The notes below the pieces were generated by a model. The model was not told where the DNA came from, did no database searches, and saw nothing but the letters and a program-made list of their open reading frames with translations. A program made the translations under genes and the position numbers. DNA of 64,000 nucleotides from NCBI GenBank assembly GCA_030704615.1, contig CM060732.1:79360001-79424000 (forward strand), read 5' to 3'. The DNA is from Takakia lepidozioides (lineage: Eukaryota > Plantae > Bryophyta). Positions 1 through 12,473 of the stretch are shown piece after piece (the first letter of the stretch is position 1; each line of letters starts with the position of its first letter).

Positions 1-194
1 ATTAAGCAGCTTCCACTTTCTGCGATTTCTGCACTAGTTCTCTAGATCAGTCTTGGTTAGTCCCCGAAGAAGCTCCATGGATCATCACTGGTGCTTGCAA
101 AGTCTTCGAGAATCTATAGATATCTTGTTAGAACTTCTAAACCCTGGGGTGAAGAGAGAAATCCTAGTATATGGCGGCGATTGTCTTGGAATTT

Positions 195-1394
195 TTACAT
201 TGACGGCATGCTGCGGAGCACCAATCCTTCCATTGTCAGCCCTGGGCCAATGCCGATCAGCAATCCCCACTCCTTGCCCTCTCCTGTTGTTGATGCACCT
301 GCCTTCAGTGACCGAGTGCGAATATTATCGAGCACAAACAACACACATGCGCTGCCCATGTTGCCGTAGTTTGCAAGAGTGTCTCGGCTCGCCCCTAACT
401 TCTCTGGCGACAAACCCAATTGGTTCTCTATTTGGTTGAGGATCGCAACACCTCCCGGGTGTACCGCCCAGAACATGTCATTACACTCTGTGGAATCTGC
501 CCATGCTCTTGCTTCGGTCACAAACTCGTCGATGCTCGTTGACACCAGCTTGGGGATATCTGGCGTCAGGTGGTAGTACATGCCAGCCTCCATAAAGTGT
601 CCGTCAATCGCTCCTTCACTGTTTGGCACATTCATCTCACCGGCCCATTGGATTTCAAACAACGGTCGCTCCACTTCGGGGATTAGATCACATCCCACGA
701 TCACTGCTCCTGCACCGTCTCCAAACAATCCTTGTCCTACTAATCCGTCTAGATATTCCTCGCTGGGTGCTCGGAAGAAGCTAGCGGTCACTTCGCTGCT
801 GATTACCAGCACGCGGGCACCCTTGTTGTTCTCGGCAAGGTCCTTGGCAACTCTCAGTGCAGCAGCCCCTCCCCAGCAACCTGTCTGGTACATCATCACC
901 CGTCTCACCTTTGGGGAAAGTCCCAAGGATTTTGCGACAATGAGATCAACCCCGGGCATATTCACCACACTAGTGGTAGTCACGACGATATGGGTAATCT
1001 CTGACTTGGAGCGGCCCCACTCTTTGATCACCTTCTCGGCTGCCTCCTTGGCCAGCTTTGGCACCCACTCAATCAGTATGTTGTGACGCACATTGAGGGA
1101 GTCATCGAGGTAGGTGCCCAAAACGGGGTACTCTTCGATCAATTCCTTTGTCATAACCATGTGACGTTTGTTGATTTGCATCTTATCACAGATGCGCTTG
1201 AACTTGGCTTTGAGGGCGGTCTTGTGATTGCAGTTGGTGGCATCGAAGTAGTAGTCAGCGTAGGTGCTCTGCTCATGCACTGTCGGAGGATTCGCTGTTC
1301 CGATGGCCATCACCGTAGCAGGCCCCTCCGCTCGTGGCTGCGCTCTAGTGCGGCCGTAACTCTGCCCTCCATGGACTTGCCCATTTGACGCCAT
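195..1394 (-). CDS. Type III polyketide synthase (CHS superfamily), copy 1, intronless, 399 aa
   Basis: Uninterrupted ORF with the Cys-His-Asn triad ([18 protein letters not shown]), [19 protein letters not shown] and C-terminal GIGPGLT. Confidence 0.97.
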   Translation of the reverse strand: MASNGQVHGGQSYGRTRAQPRAEGPATVMAIGTANPPTVHEQSTYADYYFDATNCNHKTALKAKFKRICDKMQINKRHMVMTKELIEEYPVLGTYLDDSLNVRHNILIEWVPKLAKEAAEKVIKEWGRSKSEITHIVVTTTSVVNMPGVDLIVAKSLGLSPKVRRVMMYQTGCWGGAAALRVAKDLAENNKGARVLVISSEVTASFFRAPSEEYLDGLVGQGLFGDGAGAVIVGCDLIPEVERPLFEIQWAGEMNVPNSEGAIDGHFMEAGMYYHLTPDIPKLVSTSIDEFVTEARAWADSTECNDMFWAVHPGGVAILNQIENQLGLSPEKLGASRDTLANYGNMGSACVLFVLDNIRTRSLKAGASTTGEGKEWGLLIGIGPGLTMEGLVLRSMPSM

Positions 1395-1739
1395 TGCACC
1401 TGCGGTGTCTTCTGGACCTGATTATAGATTGAGCTCTGCCTTGACTGGGCTAATAAGCAGATGGGTAATATCACCAGCTAAGAAATTTACACCTCCAAGG
1501 TATGTCAAAGATTATCCCGTTCAGCTCCGGCTTCTTAAAGCTTACAATGACGAAGATGGAGATAATTGTGTACAGCGATGGATGAGTATCACCAGCTAGA
1601 TGTGGGAGCTCCAAGGCATATAGTTCGAATATGAGATCTCAGGCTGTCCAGAATTTAGAGAGCTTGTGTATTGCCAACTCGAGTCTAAAGCTCTGAGACT
1701 CCCTGAAGAAGATGGATGGAGTAGAAACCCGGCAGGACA

Positions 1740-2185
1740 ACTATATATAAGTGTGCGTGTATGCACATGGGTGCGTGTGAGTGCGCGTGTAGACCCCAGG
1801 GATTGTGGGTCTGCGCTGCGCGTGCTGATTTGACCGATTACTGTTGGGCGACTTACTGGGCAGGCCACTCAAATTTGACTGTGCCTTACTGTTGGCCTCT
1901 GATCAATTTGCAGGCAGTGCAAAGTTCGCTCGGACCGCCAACCTTTCGGATATCGAGGAGCCCAGGGACCCAGGGCTCCCCGGGATCCAGGACCCTCATC
2001 TCTTGGAGGCAATTGGGAGGGAACTTTCCAGTATTCGAATTGGGGGATTTCTGTTAAAAACAACAAATCCAGGTTTGCACAGCGTGGGATGAGAGCATGA
2101 GTAAGTTGACTGACAGAGGCTGCGCGGGCGCAGACAAGCAAATGCAATATGTATGAATTGCGGTGCAGTCTCTGCTTGACTGGGT
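1740..2185 (-). promoter_or_regulatory. Promoter of PKS copy 1: TATA box, CGCG box, clustered W-boxes
   Basis: TATATA at ~1742-1749, GCGCGTG at ~1818, TTGAC(C/T) at ~1830, ~1875, ~2105 and ~2177. The same motif block recurs upstream of copies 2 and 3. Confidence 0.55.
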
Positions 2186-4689
2186 CACAGAGCCGTCCTA
2201 CATTGCACTGAAACTGCAGTGTAAAGTTCAGGGTGGGCCCACGACTCTGAACTCCAGGTGCACACGCTGTGATGCAATTCCAAGTGAATGCCAAGTTGCT
2301 ACGCTTCTCTCAAAAGTCATATGCGGTTGCTGGCCATATGCGGCCAGCCACCGCCGCTCAATGCGTCTCTGTGGTGAGGGTCTAGTGCTGGTATTGAAAT
2401 ATTTTCACCTTTCAATAACAGCCGCCGGTTCAATAGTATTAGAATACTCACAAAATTTTAATACCCATCGAACTCGGGTATAAATAATTTGATTATGGCA
2501 TGTTGGGTGAAATAGTAACGAGTATGTGGTGGGCTGGATCTGCACTTGTCCAACAATGGTTGATACTTCATATATATATATATATATGATGCCTCCCGAA
2601 GGAAGCGTCAATTATGGTGTCTCTACTAATACCATGTGAGGTTGGGTAGCGAGCATGCTCAAGCGAGCACAAGGGCATATTCCCCAAATTTCTGCGAAAT
2701 TTCCGTGAAATTTTCAGAGGGAAACGAGATTGGTGAAACTAATAATTATGCGAAATTAACACATAAAGAACAAGTAGCCCCTATACCTGATGAACATGTT
2801 ACCCTATAGGCGTGGCTTTTTATCCACAACAGGTGGGCGGTGAGGCTTCACCTCAAAATTTAAGGTCCTCACACATGGATATTTTCGCCCGGCGAAACCA
2901 GCATGAGAAGAAATCACATTGTAGCTAACTAAAAGATGGGATTGTTGGGTGATGATTTTATATAGAAAGTTTTGACTCAAGCTATACCACTAAAGGTTTC
3001 TCAATGTGAAACCCACCGCTGCTTAGGTTTGTGCCCATATCACATATATTATCTTAATGTGAAATTCACTGTTGTCGCTATAGGTTTTAGGATTTCTGGC
3101 TAGACTACTGAAGGTTTCACCTTGCTGAATTGGCATAGATGTACCGTACAAATGCATCGGTCCTCTATACCCTCTTATGGTTTTATTCCATTTTGAAAAC
3201 ATATAACTTATATGACCAAGGCTTAAAAACATAAAACTCCCATGGCCAGGTTGTCCTCACATGATACCAACCCCCTACCATGTTCATCCTGTTTGTTTTT
3301 AGCCCTAAAATGGGTATTGCTTGGATATTGCCTTTCCCAACACCTGCCTAGGTGGGGTATTGACTTTGGTATTGCAAGTGCCAATAGTACTAAGGGTTCT
3401 ATTTCTTAACCCTAATATTATAAAAATAGATACCACGGCTACAACAATTTGCCGAGCTCCATTGTTTTCTACAATGACAACAACAATATTGTGAATTCCG
3501 TGAGCTACACACTAGAGGAGACCGGGTTGATACCAATGTTGGGCGGGTATGTCACTAAGAACATGACCTACGGGTCCGGACTTGTCAATATGAAAACCCA
3601 CTAGAAGCACGCCGGGCCCGGGCTTGTGAGGATTTTAAGATTTTTGTTGTCCCGCGGTTATGCATAATCTATGTTTTTTTTTTTGTGGGTCATGGATATA
3701 AAGGGTTTGTTGTTACATAACCCTGCCGGTCGTGTGTAAGGGCAGGTCATGATTTTATTTATTTATTTATAAATGACTCCAACTTCTCTAAGAAGATTTT
3801 GGCCACCCTCATTCATTGAAAATCATCAATTGCTGAAGTACCTCAGTCATGATCTCCCCCCTATTTCATCAACTATCACTAGTCATCACCAACCTGGGCC
3901 CACCTCTTCACATGCCCTCATTCTCCAGACTCCACAAGCCCCGCCCACCCCTCCCACACCACTAACCCGCCTATGCACGGCTTTTGGCGGGCCTCGTAGA
4001 GCCGTAACCCACCTATACAGGTCTTGGGGGGTGCCCTAGGGAGAGCCAAACCCACCTAGGCAAATTGAGTAAATGAAAGGTTTATAGTAAGAATTAGATC
4101 CACATATGCAATCCACAATCCACTTGGACTGCAACCTTCTTATCTGGGATAACTTTCAACTAATAGACATTAAACATAAAAAAAGCTACAAGGAATAACG
4201 TCCGTTGGGACGAATGTCCAGACGCGACTTCCAACATGACGTTAATGTATCAGCATCACCTCGCGTCCACATGTGCAACCCTGTTTGCGATTTTGAGCTC
4301 GACCCTTTGGGCCTTGTGAAAAAGAGTTTAGATTTTTGGTTGTGATGCCCAAAGGGATGGCAGATTACTCATAATGCCGCAATATTGAGTTGCGGCGCCA
4401 AAAGAACTTAGTTTTCTTTTCTATATGTTTCTTCTTCTTATGGTGCTTGTGACTTGTGACGTCGAGGGGTCGCAAATTATTCAAAACATCAGCCTTGGGT
4501 TGGGCCCCTGGGCAAAAAAAAACGCTTAGATAATTTTTATTTTTTTAGATAATTGTGCGACGATCTTTTCCGTCTCAAACTTATTCCCTCAAATGTTTTT
4601 TTTATAAAAGAGCTACCCCTGCTACCAAGGTTTAACACCTTTGTGGCAGCAATTGGTGGATTGAACCCACAACCACTTCCGAAGTGGTC

Positions 4690-4926
4690 TGTTTCCATTA
4701 CCACTAACAATGCATCTAAGTCTAAGTGCATCCCATGTGTATCCAAAGACCCTTATGTTTCTGAGATGTAGGGTAGCCTGTGCCGTTGGCATGAAGAATT
4801 GAAATGTAGGCCCAAGTGCAATCTCCCATGTAGAGGCCCAAATGCAACCTCTAGTGTCCAATGTCATCTAAGTCCAAGCACAATCTCCTATGCATCAAGA
4901 GACCCTGCAGTTTGGGAGATCTCCAC
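4690..4926. repeat. Left part of an unclassified interspersed repeat interrupted by the MULE
   Basis: Internal repeats CCAAGTGCA(A/T)TC(T/C)CC and GACCCTGCAGTTTGGGAGATCTCC continue at 17604-18430. An uninterrupted version of the target sequence lies at ~18001-18040. Confidence 0.6.
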
Positions 4927-5285
4927 GCCTCTCATTTTTAAATAATTGGGAGTTTATGTCGCGCGTGTGGGACAGGGCGCGCACGCCCGCGGGGTCGCCC
5001 TCCCCCGCCCCGCCAACCCCCACCTGCCAGGCGCGCACCACGGTCGGTAGCCCCGCAGCCACCCGCGGCCCCCGCCCGCCCGCCCTCGCCGTTGGGTCCG
5101 CCCGCCATCGGGTCCCCAGTGGGTCTGCCCTTGCTGGGGTTTGCCCAAGCTCGGTCTGCGAGGTCTGCCCGCAGACCACCCCAGACCGGCACAACAGACC
5201 CAGACGCACCCCAGATGATGTGCCGCCCATCTCACCGTGATGCCGCGTTGCTATCGTAGCCACCCGGATTTAGGGCATGGCAGCC
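4927..5285 (+). repeat. Left terminal inverted repeat of the MULE (GC-rich)
   Basis: Reverse-complement match to ~17236-17594, e.g. GGGAGTTTATGTC, GGGTCCCCAGTGGGTCTGCCCTTGCTGGGG, CCGGATTTAGGGCATG. Confidence 0.9.
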
Positions 5286-5511
5286 GCCGCAAATCGTGGG
5301 CGAAGACTGTTTCATCGATCTTTTCCTCCCTCTGGTCTGTTCCTGCCAACGCGTTTCCGTCCTGCCAAGAACGTGCGTGCTGTCGTCCTTCGCTTCCACT
5401 TTTCCAGGTCGTATTGCAGGTGCTTTCGAGTGCGTGAAGGGGTACTGCAGTGTATATGGTAGCGGCTGTCGATGCCCAACCAAAAAGCTTTCTTATACGT
5501 CCACTGCGACA

Positions 5512-8357
5512 ATGTCTTCAAACACCAAAAGATGGGTCATTTTCCTGCAAAGACCTTTACTGGAAGAACGAGAGTCGCTATGGATACATGGGCTCTCAAG
5601 TGCGGGTCCGCACGGCCTGTATTCCCTGGCAAAGAGTGCCCGACTTTGTACTTGGAGAGGAGAGTAGAAACGGGTGTTCCACCCAATTTTACATAAATGT
5701 GCATGTTAACACGAAGCCCGGACCGCGAAGAGCTCCAAGAGCTAACACATATCTAACCTCTGTCATGTCTGCACCATATTCCCACACTGCCTCTTTGTTC
5801 ATGCCCTGTGCTTGTGCTTGCCGGACATGTACATGCATGATATGTAGATAGGGTTTAGGTTGTCTTACATGCTTGTAGAACTCCATGGGTGTCGATGACA
5901 TACTCCGGTGTCGATGACATACGACCCTGTCCAGGTATCAGTGTTGCTATGGACCAGAGGACAAGCGCACCAACAATTTGACTATCACGGATCCTAAAGT
6001 CAAGCGAGGAGGTCCGGACGTTGGGGCTGGAAGAAGTAATCCTCACAAAGGTCCAAGACGAAAGAAAAACCAATACGGCGAGTCTTACAAGCATGGGTGT
6101 CTCTGTTGTTTCAAAGTCTCGCAATGTTATCTTGCTCCAGACATTGGGGTCATCACATATTATAACAACTAGAACACCTGGATGTGTCCGGAAAACCCTC
6201 TCATGGCGGATATGCTGAGTTCCAGTTCAGCCGATATGCTTATGCTCCACATATTAGCGAGGAGCTCAAAAAGTGGATCATGGAATGCTTGTCTCGAGGC
6301 TTGAGTGTCGCCCAAGTCATGATTGAACACAACGAGCATGTCATGCAGAACAGTGGCTTGGGAGACGCATGGACACGCGACGACTTTCTCCTCGAGCAAG
6401 ATGTCCGAAATCTCGCTGAAAAACGAGCCCGACAGACCTTCAAAAAACACGCTGATGACGCACAATCCGTGCGTATGTGGAAAGATCAAAACCCGGACTC
6501 GGTCTTCTTCTACCAGGAGGAATCATTGGCACCCACATTTCAACATTTTGATGGAGATTTGACCTTCACCATTGGGATTTAGACTCCTTGGCAGCGGCAG
6601 AAGATGTTGGACTTGGGCCATGCGCGCATCGTAGCTTGTGACGCTACATTTGGAACTAACCATCACAAGGTCTACCATGGACCTCTCCACGGGCTTTTGC
6701 TAGCATGATAGCATACTACAATGGTCTCCCACTCTTGTGGTGCATTGCTTATTCATCCTCAATCCCGATAGACCTAACTGTTGTAGACCTTGTCCCAGTA
6801 CACCCTGTTCCAGCAGACCTTCCACTGCACTCTGTTTTAGGGCAGACCCTTTTGCGTGTTCACCCTGTTACAGTAGACCCTGTGCGTGTTCACAAAGTTG
6901 CAGTACACCATGTGCGTGTTCACCAAGTTGCAATACACCATGTGTGTTTTCACCCTATTGCAGTAGACCTTGTGCCTGTCGGTACGACACTGGTCTGCTA
7001 ATTACAAATTGTTATTTCATGCAGTTCCCCTTGTACACGTTGATGGTGTTCGACCAATGGCTGAACGGAATTCCGGTTGCATACATTTTGTCAGCACACA
7101 ATCGAACATCAGACCTTATCCCGTGGATGCTAGCATTGCGTGATGCCCTCCTTCAGGAAAAACCCAACTGGCGGCCAAATGTCTTCATTGTCGACGACGC
7201 TGCTGCAGAAATCAATGCAATCCGGTATGCCACATCTCAATCTGCCCTATGGTCTGCTGTATGGTCCGCTGCAAGGTCTGCCATGTCTGGTCTGGTATGC
7301 CACATCTCATTCTGCCCTATGGTCCGCTTCAGGGTCTGCTATATGGTCTGCCCTATATGGTCTGCCCTGTTTAATCTCATGCTTGTGGCAGTGCTGAATA
7401 CGAATGCCTGGTTCAGGCACTTCTGACTTTGTGGCCGCATGTAGGTCTGTTTTCACAGGAGTATGCATTTTCCTTTGCCTTTGGCATGTACGGACGGCCT
7501 GGGTCAAGCAATCATGCCAGAAAATCAGTGATCCGGGAACATCCTCGAAACTATTGGCAGATATGGGCGACCTTATGTACTGCAGAGGTGGACCGCAGAA
7601 AGAAGATGAAGCTGTGAAATGGGTTAAGAAAAAATTGAAGGCAATGAAAAAGAAATATCCGTCTGGTCAGTTGTTCCTCCACTACATTCATGTGTACTGG
7701 GTTCCCAAAATCGCTATGTGGTGTACTGTTGCCCGCAACATTCCACATGCAAGCCAAGATACTAATGCGAGCATCGAGGCATACCACGGAAACTTAAAGG
7801 CGAGACTTAATATGGGCAAAGCCAAAATGACCGGTCGAAGAGCCGATTGCCTCATATGGGAGTTGACTGGGCGTATACTGGTCCACTACTGGTACAACAT
7901 TCATCTGAAGATGCATGGGTTTATTCGCAACGATAAACAGGAAAAACACATTTCCAGTGCAATATGTGTAGCCCATGACATACCTCTTTCACGTGTGACT
8001 TTGCTTACAGTGCCTGGGCAGCTTGCTTACGTCATCAGCTCCTCCGATCTGAATACAACGTACACCGTGTTCAATCCAGAGTCGCAGTGGGCCTGCTGCA
8101 CCTGCCCGTGGGCGCTGAAAGGCAATCTGTGCAAGCACCGGGTTCGGGTCATAAAGTTGCTAAAACCAGACCTGCAAGACGGTCTCATTGTCCGGACATG
8201 TGGTTCCCACTTCGGTATTGTTCACGGTGGGTTGGAGAATTTGGACGAACATGACGACATGGCAACATGCGACTTCGAAAGCGGTAACATGCGTGCAAGC
8301 GCAACCCCGAACATGGCAGAGTCATTGCTCACGGCAGACCTGTTGGAAGCTATTTAG
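5512..8357 (+). pseudogene. MULE transposase with SWIM zinc finger, spliced, with premature stops
   Basis: Motifs IPWQRVPDFVLGEE, YGPED, TRDDFL, DAQSVRMW, GI*TPWQ, DATFGTN, PLYTLMVFD, FIVDDA, LCLWHV, TNASIEAYH and SWIM CTCPWALKGNLCKH. In-frame TAG at ~6170 and ~6580. Confidence 0.88.
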
Positions 8358-9727
8358 AAACGGGAGATAACCGACCTGCTTGACCTTGTACACAACGACG
8401 CATACCTTATACACCATTGCTTGTCTGCGGGTGCGTGTTTGCCGAGGGCAGATGCAGGACATCCTCGTCAAAAAAGCTTCCGGCATGTTACACCCGGCTG
8501 CAGCACGAGCGTTCAATTGTGTAAAAGACAACAACAACATGTCATTGAAGAGGAAAAAAGATTTTGTGGAACATTTTCAAGCTCGGCGAAAAATGAAACT
8601 AAATGGGGGGAAACGTGTGTCTGCCCTTCCTCCTGTTAGCCATATTTACTCGGCTCTGAGGCGGGTGTCTCATCGTCCAGAACTGAGAAAGATGGATCAA
8701 TCTAACTAAGGAAAGGACCTGCAGTTGTCCAATGCGGTAGATCAATTCTCACCTGCAGTAGACCAGATCGGCAGACCACCTGCAGTAGACCAGTTCGACA
8801 GACCGTTATCGCATACCACCTGAAGTAGACCAATTCGGCAGACCATAATCGGACACCACCTGCAGTAGACCAGATCGGCAGACCATGATAGTACACCACC
8901 TGCAGTAGACCAACACTGACTTGTAATAGACCAATGCGGCAGAGCATCTGCGACTCCCTTAATGTGCTTTTTAAAGGTTTGATGAAGGAGACCATGAAGT
9001 CGAAAAATGAGCCAAAGTGAACCAGTAAACGAATGTAATAGAGTAATGAAGCAAGCATAGTTCAATGAAGCAGACCAAAGACAATACACTCAACTAACGA
9101 TGGGACTGACTTGTGCCCCATATTTAGCCGACCACCGAATTTAGTATACCACTATGTCACGGAGCAGACCAGCAACCGTGGTCCAAACTCAGTCCACTGG
9201 AGGTAGCAGACCAATAACATTAATTCAGTAGCAGACCACGTCGAGGAGAACTGCATATATCAAGAGATCAATAACATCGGACCAGCAAAACGTGGATCAC
9301 TACTCAATACAAAACGTAGTAGTAGAGTAGACCACGACAACAGACTCATGAAATGTTCCACAGACCATATGAAGCAGACCAATACAGTACAGGGGTAGCC
9401 CAAGACAATACACTCGACTAACGATAGGACTGACCTGTGCCACCGAATTTGGTATACCACTATTTCATAGAGGAGACCAACAACCGTGGTCCAAATTAAG
9501 TCCACTCCGTGGAAATAGCAGACCAATCACTTCAGAAGCAGACCACGGCCAGGAGTACAGCATACATCGGTTCACAAACAGACCACGTGGAGCACTACTC
9601 AATACAAAACATCGAGCAGAAATGTTTAGTAGTAGACCACGACAACAGACTAATGAAATGTTCCACAAAAGTGTACATCATATATAAAATCGAACAAACC
9701 TGCACCACAGACCACATGAGTGAATTT

Positions 9728-10644
9728 TCATTTATTGCCAGGCCTAGATGAAATAACCCGGACTTCGGAAGAGTCTGACACGTCCGAGATCTTCCTAGAT
9801 GACAACTGTCTTTCTACAACTACATTCTCCATAGTCATGAGTGCTTTCAAAATGTACTCAACACACTTTAGGCGTTGCCTGCAAACATAGCGGAATGTAA
9901 ACCACTTTGAGGTAAACGACTTTCCTCTCTCTCCAAGTCTTTTGCCACGATCGCCCTTCAACCAGTCGTAGAACCCCTCGATAAAGGACATGACGTAAAA
10001 GCCACATTCCCAAGAGAAGGGTTGTTGTGGCACTTCAGGGACATGAAAATTGAATCCAGTGGCCTCGTCCCACGACGCAGTGTGCGGCTCCAAGCCGAGA
10101 CATGCTCCATACACATTTCGAACCCATGGCAATATCTCCACGGGTTTGTGCATCTCCTTGATTGAGTTCAGATGAGTGAACACGCGGAGCACCCGGTCAA
10201 TAATCACCAAACTCCAATGAGACCTGCCACAACGCAGGGCGCATCAGCACAAGGGAACAGCTGCAAATCAAAATGGCAGACCCATTGAGCAGACTGGTAG
10301 ACCTGGGCACACCAATGTTGCAGACCAGTGATGGTGGACCAATTATAAAGGGCAGAGAAACAGTGGTACTCACGAATGCAGAGCACTTACCCATCAACTA
10401 TTGGTACCAGTATGTACTTGCAGGTCTTCAGGTCCTTCCCCATACGATGCACTGTCAATCCGTGCTCTACCTGCGAGCGAACCCGTTCCTGACCTGCACT
10501 CCAGTGAATCTTCACTACACTCCAAACCCACGTCGGCAAAATAGCAACATCATTATATGTCTTGACATCCAGATCCTTCTGATAAAACCTACACCACAAC
10601 TCAAGCAATCGGTCTGTAACCTCGGATTCCTGTTTCTCTAGCAA
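9728..10644 (-). CDS. Ulp1/peptidase C48-like (SUMO protease) domain exons carried by the MULE
   Basis: KYILVPIVDG, then an intron, then SHWSLVIID (His, Asp) and VPQQPFSWECGFYV (Gln, catalytic Cys). Upstream exons probably extend to ~12700 or beyond. Confidence 0.8.
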
Positions 10645-12473
10645 TTTGAGGTCCTCGGTGGAAATACTGCACTCAAACTGTGGGTCGTTTTAAAAAAAGT
10701 ACAACATTGCTTTTCCCTCAGAGATATGTGCGTTGAAAGTGGAGCCAAATCGGGCAGTGAACCTGCACAAACTCGGGAAAACCCTTTAAGAACCGGGCTG
10801 GCGGACCCAAAAGGACCAAACCTACAACGGATACGGTTCCAGACCCAAGGACCAGACCAACGGAGCAGGCCAATGGAGCGGACAAACGACAGCCACATCT
10901 AACCTAGCAGACCCATGAAGTAGACCCATATAACCTTTTTGCTGCAGACCCATAGACTTGGTGTGTTCAGAGAATCGCAAGCAGACCAACGACACTTACT
11001 TTTGTTTGTTACGCAGCTCCGCGACTTCGCTCTCCACTTCCAAGCAGACCTTCCGGTCAGCACTCATGTATACTCCGGACTTCGGTTTTTTTGCAACGCC
11101 TTTTGGGGGGGAAATTATTTTTACCCTCGGGTCTGCCACGCCATCTGGTATGCGCTTCTTCCCAGCTCTATTTGGTGAAGTAGGTTCCTCCAACTTCTTT
11201 TCCAATGCAACAGCCGCCTCCTTCATACCTTCCCGGAGCTGGCTAGCTCGGCTTCGCAACAAAATTTTGTCCTGGGGTTTACTAACACTTTGTGGTCCCG
11301 TTCTAGACGCTTCCTGCACTCCATGGGTCGAAGTGGCCCCTACGGTGGGGGTTATCACTACTGGTACACCCTTTGTGCTTGACCGCATGTTGAGCACCTG
11401 CGATGGACCACGAGCTGGGACCTCAGACGCCACAACCTTCACACGAATATCAGACAACAGAACATCAGCAATGACCACCCAAATGCACTGGGAAAAAAAA
11501 TGGACTACAAAAATACAATGGAATCAGACCTTTGTGGGCGCTGTGGGTGTCTGCAATTGCACCACTCCTGTGGCAGGTACATCTTCGACTACAGTGACTG
11601 GTTCCACAGAATGAGAAGGGACAGAAACATGTGCATGTGTTTCGACAAGGTCTGATGAATGGTCTGCTATGGGTGGAGCACCCTATCAATGGATTGGTCT
11701 ATTGCCAGTAGTGGGTCTACAGACGAGTCGGGGTCCACAAAAGTAAGCGGCAAAACGGCCAAAGATGCATCCTCATCTGCAGTAGACCCTGCCTCTAATA
11801 GATGGGGAAGGTCACCGACCAAACTGACACAGTCATAGTCCATTGTTGCAATTGCAGAATTGGTCTGTACTATGGATAAATGAGCACTGACGCCTTCCCG
11901 GTTCTATTCAGGCAGTGCCGTGTCAGAAGGTCTGGTGGCAAGGGTAAGATCCACTACCATTCTCTGCTTCTCAGCAGATGTTGCAGTGGGGTGGAAAGGA
12001 ATTGCTCCTCTCATTTTCGGCAACTCGTATGTGCCAGGGAGGATGGGCGTTGCTTCCTGGGTTATCGCCAGGTCTCCAGATGGTCTGATGTCCTGCACTG
12101 GCAAGGTCTGCTGATGTTGGAATGGTGAGGTGTTGGCGTCCATACATGCGTCGCGATCCACTTCTGCTGTGCATTTGTCAAGCAATGTACCAGCCAGGGT
12201 GTCCTCCGGCAAGGTCTGATCTTCTCTCCTCTGCTCCAGCAAGGTCTGATCAGGTCTGCACTGGTCGGGAAATGTCTGCTCTGAGATGGTGTGGTCTGGT
12301 ATCCTCTGGTCTTTTGGGGTATGGTCTGTTGTGCACTCGGATCGTCTGGAGTCCTGCGCTGTGGTCTGGTCTGCTGTGGTATGGTCTTCTGTGGTCTGCT
12401 CTTGTCTTGTTTGGTGTGGGGTGGTCTGGTCTGATTTGGTGTGGTCTGGTTGTGTCTGGTCTTGTCGGGTCTG

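Noticed and set aside
580-1086. Conserved 168-aa plus-strand ORF repeated five times (also at 20472, 27980, 31455 and 48632)
   Set aside because: Antisense shadow of the PKS coding sequence; its conservation simply follows from PKS identity.
4890-5263. Several ORFs in the GC-rich TIRs (also 17159-17589)
   Set aside because: Stop-poor GC-rich sequence open in multiple frames on both strands, with no protein motifs.
6737-7000. Cys-rich metallothionein-like translation (CSRPCACS...)
   Set aside because: Translation of a tandem-repeat intron between transposase exons (GT at ~6670, AG at ~7024).
8720-8950. Regularly spaced repeats (ACCTGCAGTAGACCA...) resembling a CRISPR array
   Set aside because: Eukaryotic context, degenerate tandem units without unique spacers, and no cas genes. 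They belong to the MULE motif arrays.
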